A stretch of DNA of 64,000 nucleotides from the human T2T-CHM13v2.0 reference genome, Homo sapiens: assembly GCF_009914755.1 (NCBI RefSeq), contig NC_060941.1. One strand, written 5' to 3'. Under the pieces are notes generated by a model. The model did no database searches and was not told the origin of the DNA. It saw only the letters and a program-made list of their open reading frames with translations. The translations under genes and the position numbers were made by a program. Shown piece after piece: positions 60,410-64,000 of the stretch (its first letter is position 1; every line of letters begins with the position of its first letter).

Positions 60410-61335
60410 TTTTTTGTTTTGTTTTGTTGCTATTGAGTTGTTTGAGCTCTTTATATGTGTTGGATATTAACCCCTTATCAGATGTCTGGCTTGCAAATAT
60501 TTTCTCCCATTCCATAGGTTATCTCTTTACTCTGTTGATTGTTTGCTGTGCAGAAGGTTTTTAGTTTGTTTGTTTTAGCTACACATCATGAACCAAGAAG
60601 CTTTTTACTTTGATATGATACCATTTGTCTATATTTAATTTTGTTGTCTGTGCTTTTGGGAACAAATCCAAAAAATCATTACCCAGACCAATGTCTTGTA
60701 TGTTTCCCCTATGTTTTCTTTCTTTTTTTTTTTTTTTTTTAAAGGAGGCTGTCAGCTGATCCCCTATGTTTTCTTCTAGCAGTTTTAGGTTCTTGGTCTT
60801 AAAGGTCTCTTTTTTTTCTTTCTTTCCTTTTTTTTTTTTTTTTTTTTTTTTTGTTGGCAATTTTCCTGAGCAAACTAATGCAGGAATGTTTAAGTATGTA
60901 ATCCATTTTGAACTAACTTTTGTATATGGTGTTGAAATAAGGGTCCAATTTTCTTTTTCTGCATGTGGAAATTCAGTTTTCCCTACACCATTTATTGAAA
61001 AAAGCGGTCTTTTTCTTCTTGGCATATTTGTTGAAAATCAGATTCATCTCTGGGCTTTCTATTCTGTTCCATTGGTTGATGTGTCTTTTTCTTTTTTGCC
61101 AATTCCATGCTGTTTTACACTTACTTGATCTTAGCCAAAAGGCAGAGAAGCGATTATTTCATACTATTTTAATTAGTATAGCTTTGTAGTATAGTTTAAA
61201 ATCAGATAGTGTGATACCTCCAGTTTTTTCAACTTCAGAGAGCTCTGAAGCAAATATCTCCAGCTTTTTTTCTTTTTGCTCACGATTGCCTTGGCTTTTT
61301 TTTTTTTTTTTTTTTTGCAGTTTTGTATGAATTTT
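60410..61335 (-). mobile_element. Old L1M/L1P ORF2 fragment hosting several younger small insertions
   Basis: TGGATATTAACCCCTTATCAGATG...GCTGTGCAGAAG...ACACCATTTATTGAA; minus-strand ORF LKLLEENIG...IDKWYHIKVKSF. Confidence 0.8.
61117..61154 (-). pseudogene. 3'-truncated U2 snRNA pseudogene (nt ~1-35)
   Basis: Minus strand ATCGCTTCTCTGCCTTTTGGCTAAGATCAAGT(AAGT)GT versus the U2 5' end ATCGCTTCTCGGCCTTTTGGCTAAGATCAAGTGT. Confidence 0.88.
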
Positions 61336-61632
61336 AATGTTTTTTGTTTTTTTTTGAGGCATGGTTTCATTCTCTTTCCCAGGCTGGAATGAATGTCACA
61401 ATCATGGCTCACTGCAGCCTCAAACTCCTGAGCCCAAACAAGCAATCCTCCTACCTCAGCTCCTGGAGTAGCTGGTACCTCAGGCATGCATTGACAAACC
61501 TGGTAAAAAAATTTTTTTTTTTTTGGTAGAGGTGAACTCCTCGGCTCAAGCAGTTCTTCCACCTTGGCCTCCCAAAGTGCCAGGATTACAGGCTAGAATT
61601 TTTTTCTATTTCTATAAGAAATGATGTTGGGA

Positions 61633-63154
61633 TTTTCTTTTTCTTTCTTTCTTTCTTTTTTTTTTTTTTACTATAAGTTTTAGGGTACATGTGCAAAATG
61701 TGCAGGTTTGTTACATATGTATACATGTGCCATGTTGGTGTGCTGCAGCCATTAACTCGTCATTTAACATTAGGTATATCTCCATGCTATCCCTCCCCCC
61801 TCCCCCCACCCCACAACAGGCCCCGGTGTGTGATGTTCCCCTTCCTGTGTCCATGTGTTCTCATTGTTCAATTCCCACCTATGAGTGAGAACATGCAGTG
61901 TTCGGTTTTTTGTCCTTGCAATAGTTTGCTGAGAATGATGGTTTCCAGCTTCATCCATGTCCCTACAGAGGACATGAACTCATCATTTTTTATGGCTGCA
62001 TAGTACTACATGGTGTATATGTGACACATTTTCTTAATCCAGTCTATCATTGTTGGATATTTGGGTTAGTTCCAAGTCTTTGCTATTGTGAATAGTGCCA
62101 CAATAAGCATACATGTGCATGTGTCTTTATAGCAGCATTATGTATAATCCTTTGGGTATATTACCAGTAATGGGATGGCTGGGTCAAATGGTATTTCTAG
62201 TTCTAGATCCCTGAGGAATCGCCACACTGACTTCCACAATGGTTGAACTAGTTTACAGTCCCACCAACAGTGTAAAAGTGTTCCTATTTTTCCACATCCT
62301 CTCCAGCACCTGTCGTTTCCTGACTTTTTAATGATCGCCATTCTAACTGGTGTGAGATGATATCTCATTGTGGTTTTGATTTGCATTTCTCTGATGGCCA
62401 GTGATGATGAGCATTTTTTCATGTATCTTTTGGCTGCATAAATGTCTTCTTTTGAGAAGTGTCTGTTCATATCCTTCACCCACTTGTTGATGGGGTTGTT
62501 TGTTTTTGTCTTGTAAATTTGTTTGAGTTCATTATAGATTCTGGATATTAGCCCTTTGTCAGATGGGTAGATTGCAAAAATTTTCTCCCATTCTGTAGGT
62601 TGCCTGTTCACTCTGATGGTAGTTTCTTTTGCTGTGCAGAAGCTCTTTAGTTTAATTAGATCCCATTTGTCAATTTTGGCTTTTGTTGCCATTGCTTTTG
62701 GTGTTTTAGACAAAAGTCCTTGCCCATGCCTATGTCCTGAATGGTATTGCCTAGGTTTTCTTCTAGGGTTTTTATGGTTTTAGGTCTAACATTTAAGTCT
62801 TTAATCCATCTTGAATTAATTTTTGTATAAGGTGTAAGGAAGGGATCCAGTTTCAGCTTTCTACATATGGCTAGCCAGTTTTCCCAGCACCATTGATTAA
62901 ATAGGGAATACTTTCCCCATTTCTTGTTTTTGTCAGGTTCGTCAAAGATCAGATAGTTGTAGATATGTGGCATTATTTCTGAGGGCTCTGTTCTGTTCCA
63001 TTGGTCTATATCTCTGTTTTGGTACAAGTACCATGCTGTTTTGGTTACTGTAGCCTTGTAGTATAGTTTGAAGTCAGGTAGTGTGATGCCTCCAGCTTTG
63101 TTCTTTTGGCTTAGGATTTACTTGGCAATGCGGGCTCTTTTTTGGTTCCATATG
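61633..63154 (-). mobile_element. L1PA 3' portion (ORF2 C-terminus, 3' UTR, A tail), interrupted at 63155 by an LTR
   Basis: ORFs 62138-62713 and 62656-63027 match L1 ORF2; the T-rich tract at 61633-61669 is the tail. Confidence 0.93.
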
Positions 63155-64000
63155 TGTTGCGGGAAGTCAGGGGCCCCAAATGGAGGGACCGGCTGAAGCC
63201 ATGGCAGAACGTGGATTGTGAAGATTTCATGGACATTTATTAGTTCCCCAAATTAATACTTTTATAATTTCCTATGCCTGTCTTTACTGCAATCTCTGAA
63301 CATAAAATTGTGAAGATTTCATGGACAATTATCACTTCCCCAATCAATACCCTTGTGATTTCCTATGCCTGTCTTTACTTTAGTCTCTTAATCCTGTCAT
63401 CTGGTAAGCCGAGGAGGATGTATGTTGCCTCAGGATCCTGTGATAATTGCGTTAACTGCACAAATTGTGGAGCATGTGTGTTTAAACAATATGAAATCTG
63501 GGCACCTTGATAAAAGAACAGGATAACAGCAATGTTTAGGAAACAAGAGAGATAACCTTAAACTCTGACCGCCAGTGAGCCGGGCGGAACAGAGCCATAT
63601 TTCTCTTCTTTCAAAAGCAAATGGGAGAAATATTGCTGAATTCTTTTTCTCAGCAAGGAACATCCCTGGGAAAGAGAATATGTGCCTGGGGTTGGGTCTA
63701 TAGATGGCCCCCTTGGGTGTGGCCATCTTCTATGGTCAAAACTGTAGGGGTGAAATAAACCCCAGTCTCCCATAGCGCTCCTAGGCTTATTAGGAAGAGG
63801 AAATTCCCACCTAATAAATTTCGGTTAGACCGGTTGCTCTCAAAACCCTGTCTCCTGATAAGAGGTTATCAATGGCAATGGTGCCCGAAACTTCATTAGC
63901 AATTTTAATTTTGCCCTGGTCCTGTGGTCCTGTGATCTTGCCCTGCCTCCATTTGCCTTGTGATATTCTATTACCTTGTGAAGTATGTGATCTCTGTGAC
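63155..64000 (+). mobile_element. MER11-type LTR (HERV-K11/HML-8), continuing beyond the right edge
   Basis: Starts TGTTGCGGGAAGTCAGGG...GGAGGGACCGGCTGAAGCCATGGCAGAA; internal repeats ATTGTGAAGATTTCATGGACA at ~63216 and ~63308. Confidence 0.82.

Noticed and set aside
60741-60759. AAAGGAGG...CAGC resemblance to a Shine-Dalgarno or the complement of the bacterial 16S 3' end
   Set aside because: Only 8 nt match exactly; chance is sufficient and nothing else suggests bacterial origin.
62138-63027. Active L1 ORF2
   Set aside because: Frameshifted into separate ORFs and interrupted by a MER11 LTR.

Overview
Human/hominoid genomic DNA, recognisable as the NLE1-UNC45B-SLC35G3 locus (chr17q12 from prior knowledge). 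The minus strand carries the 5' part of NLE1 (coding exons 1-9, running off the left edge) behind a CpG-island promoter. The plus strand carries the whole UNC45B myosin-chaperone gene: a putative non-coding exon 1 and 19 coding exons that splice to 2790 nt (929 aa + stop), using one GC-AG intron, under a muscle-type promoter. Downstream lie a processed SPIC pseudogene, the intronless SLC35G3 (AMAC1) gene carried in by an SVA 3' transduction with an 11-bp TSD, and a nested L1/Alu/U2/MER11 cluster. The most unusual item is a ~260-bp tailless 28S rRNA retrocopy inside an Alu in UNC45B intron 4. It is circularly permuted and longer than one unit (nt 119-216 joined to nt 1-163, period 216, 45-bp exact repeat, 16-17-bp TSD), which is the footprint expected from rolling-circle or end-jumping reverse transcription of a 5' 28S fragment. 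Coordinates were counted by eye, so repeat boundaries are approximate, and family names come from recall rather than database searches.
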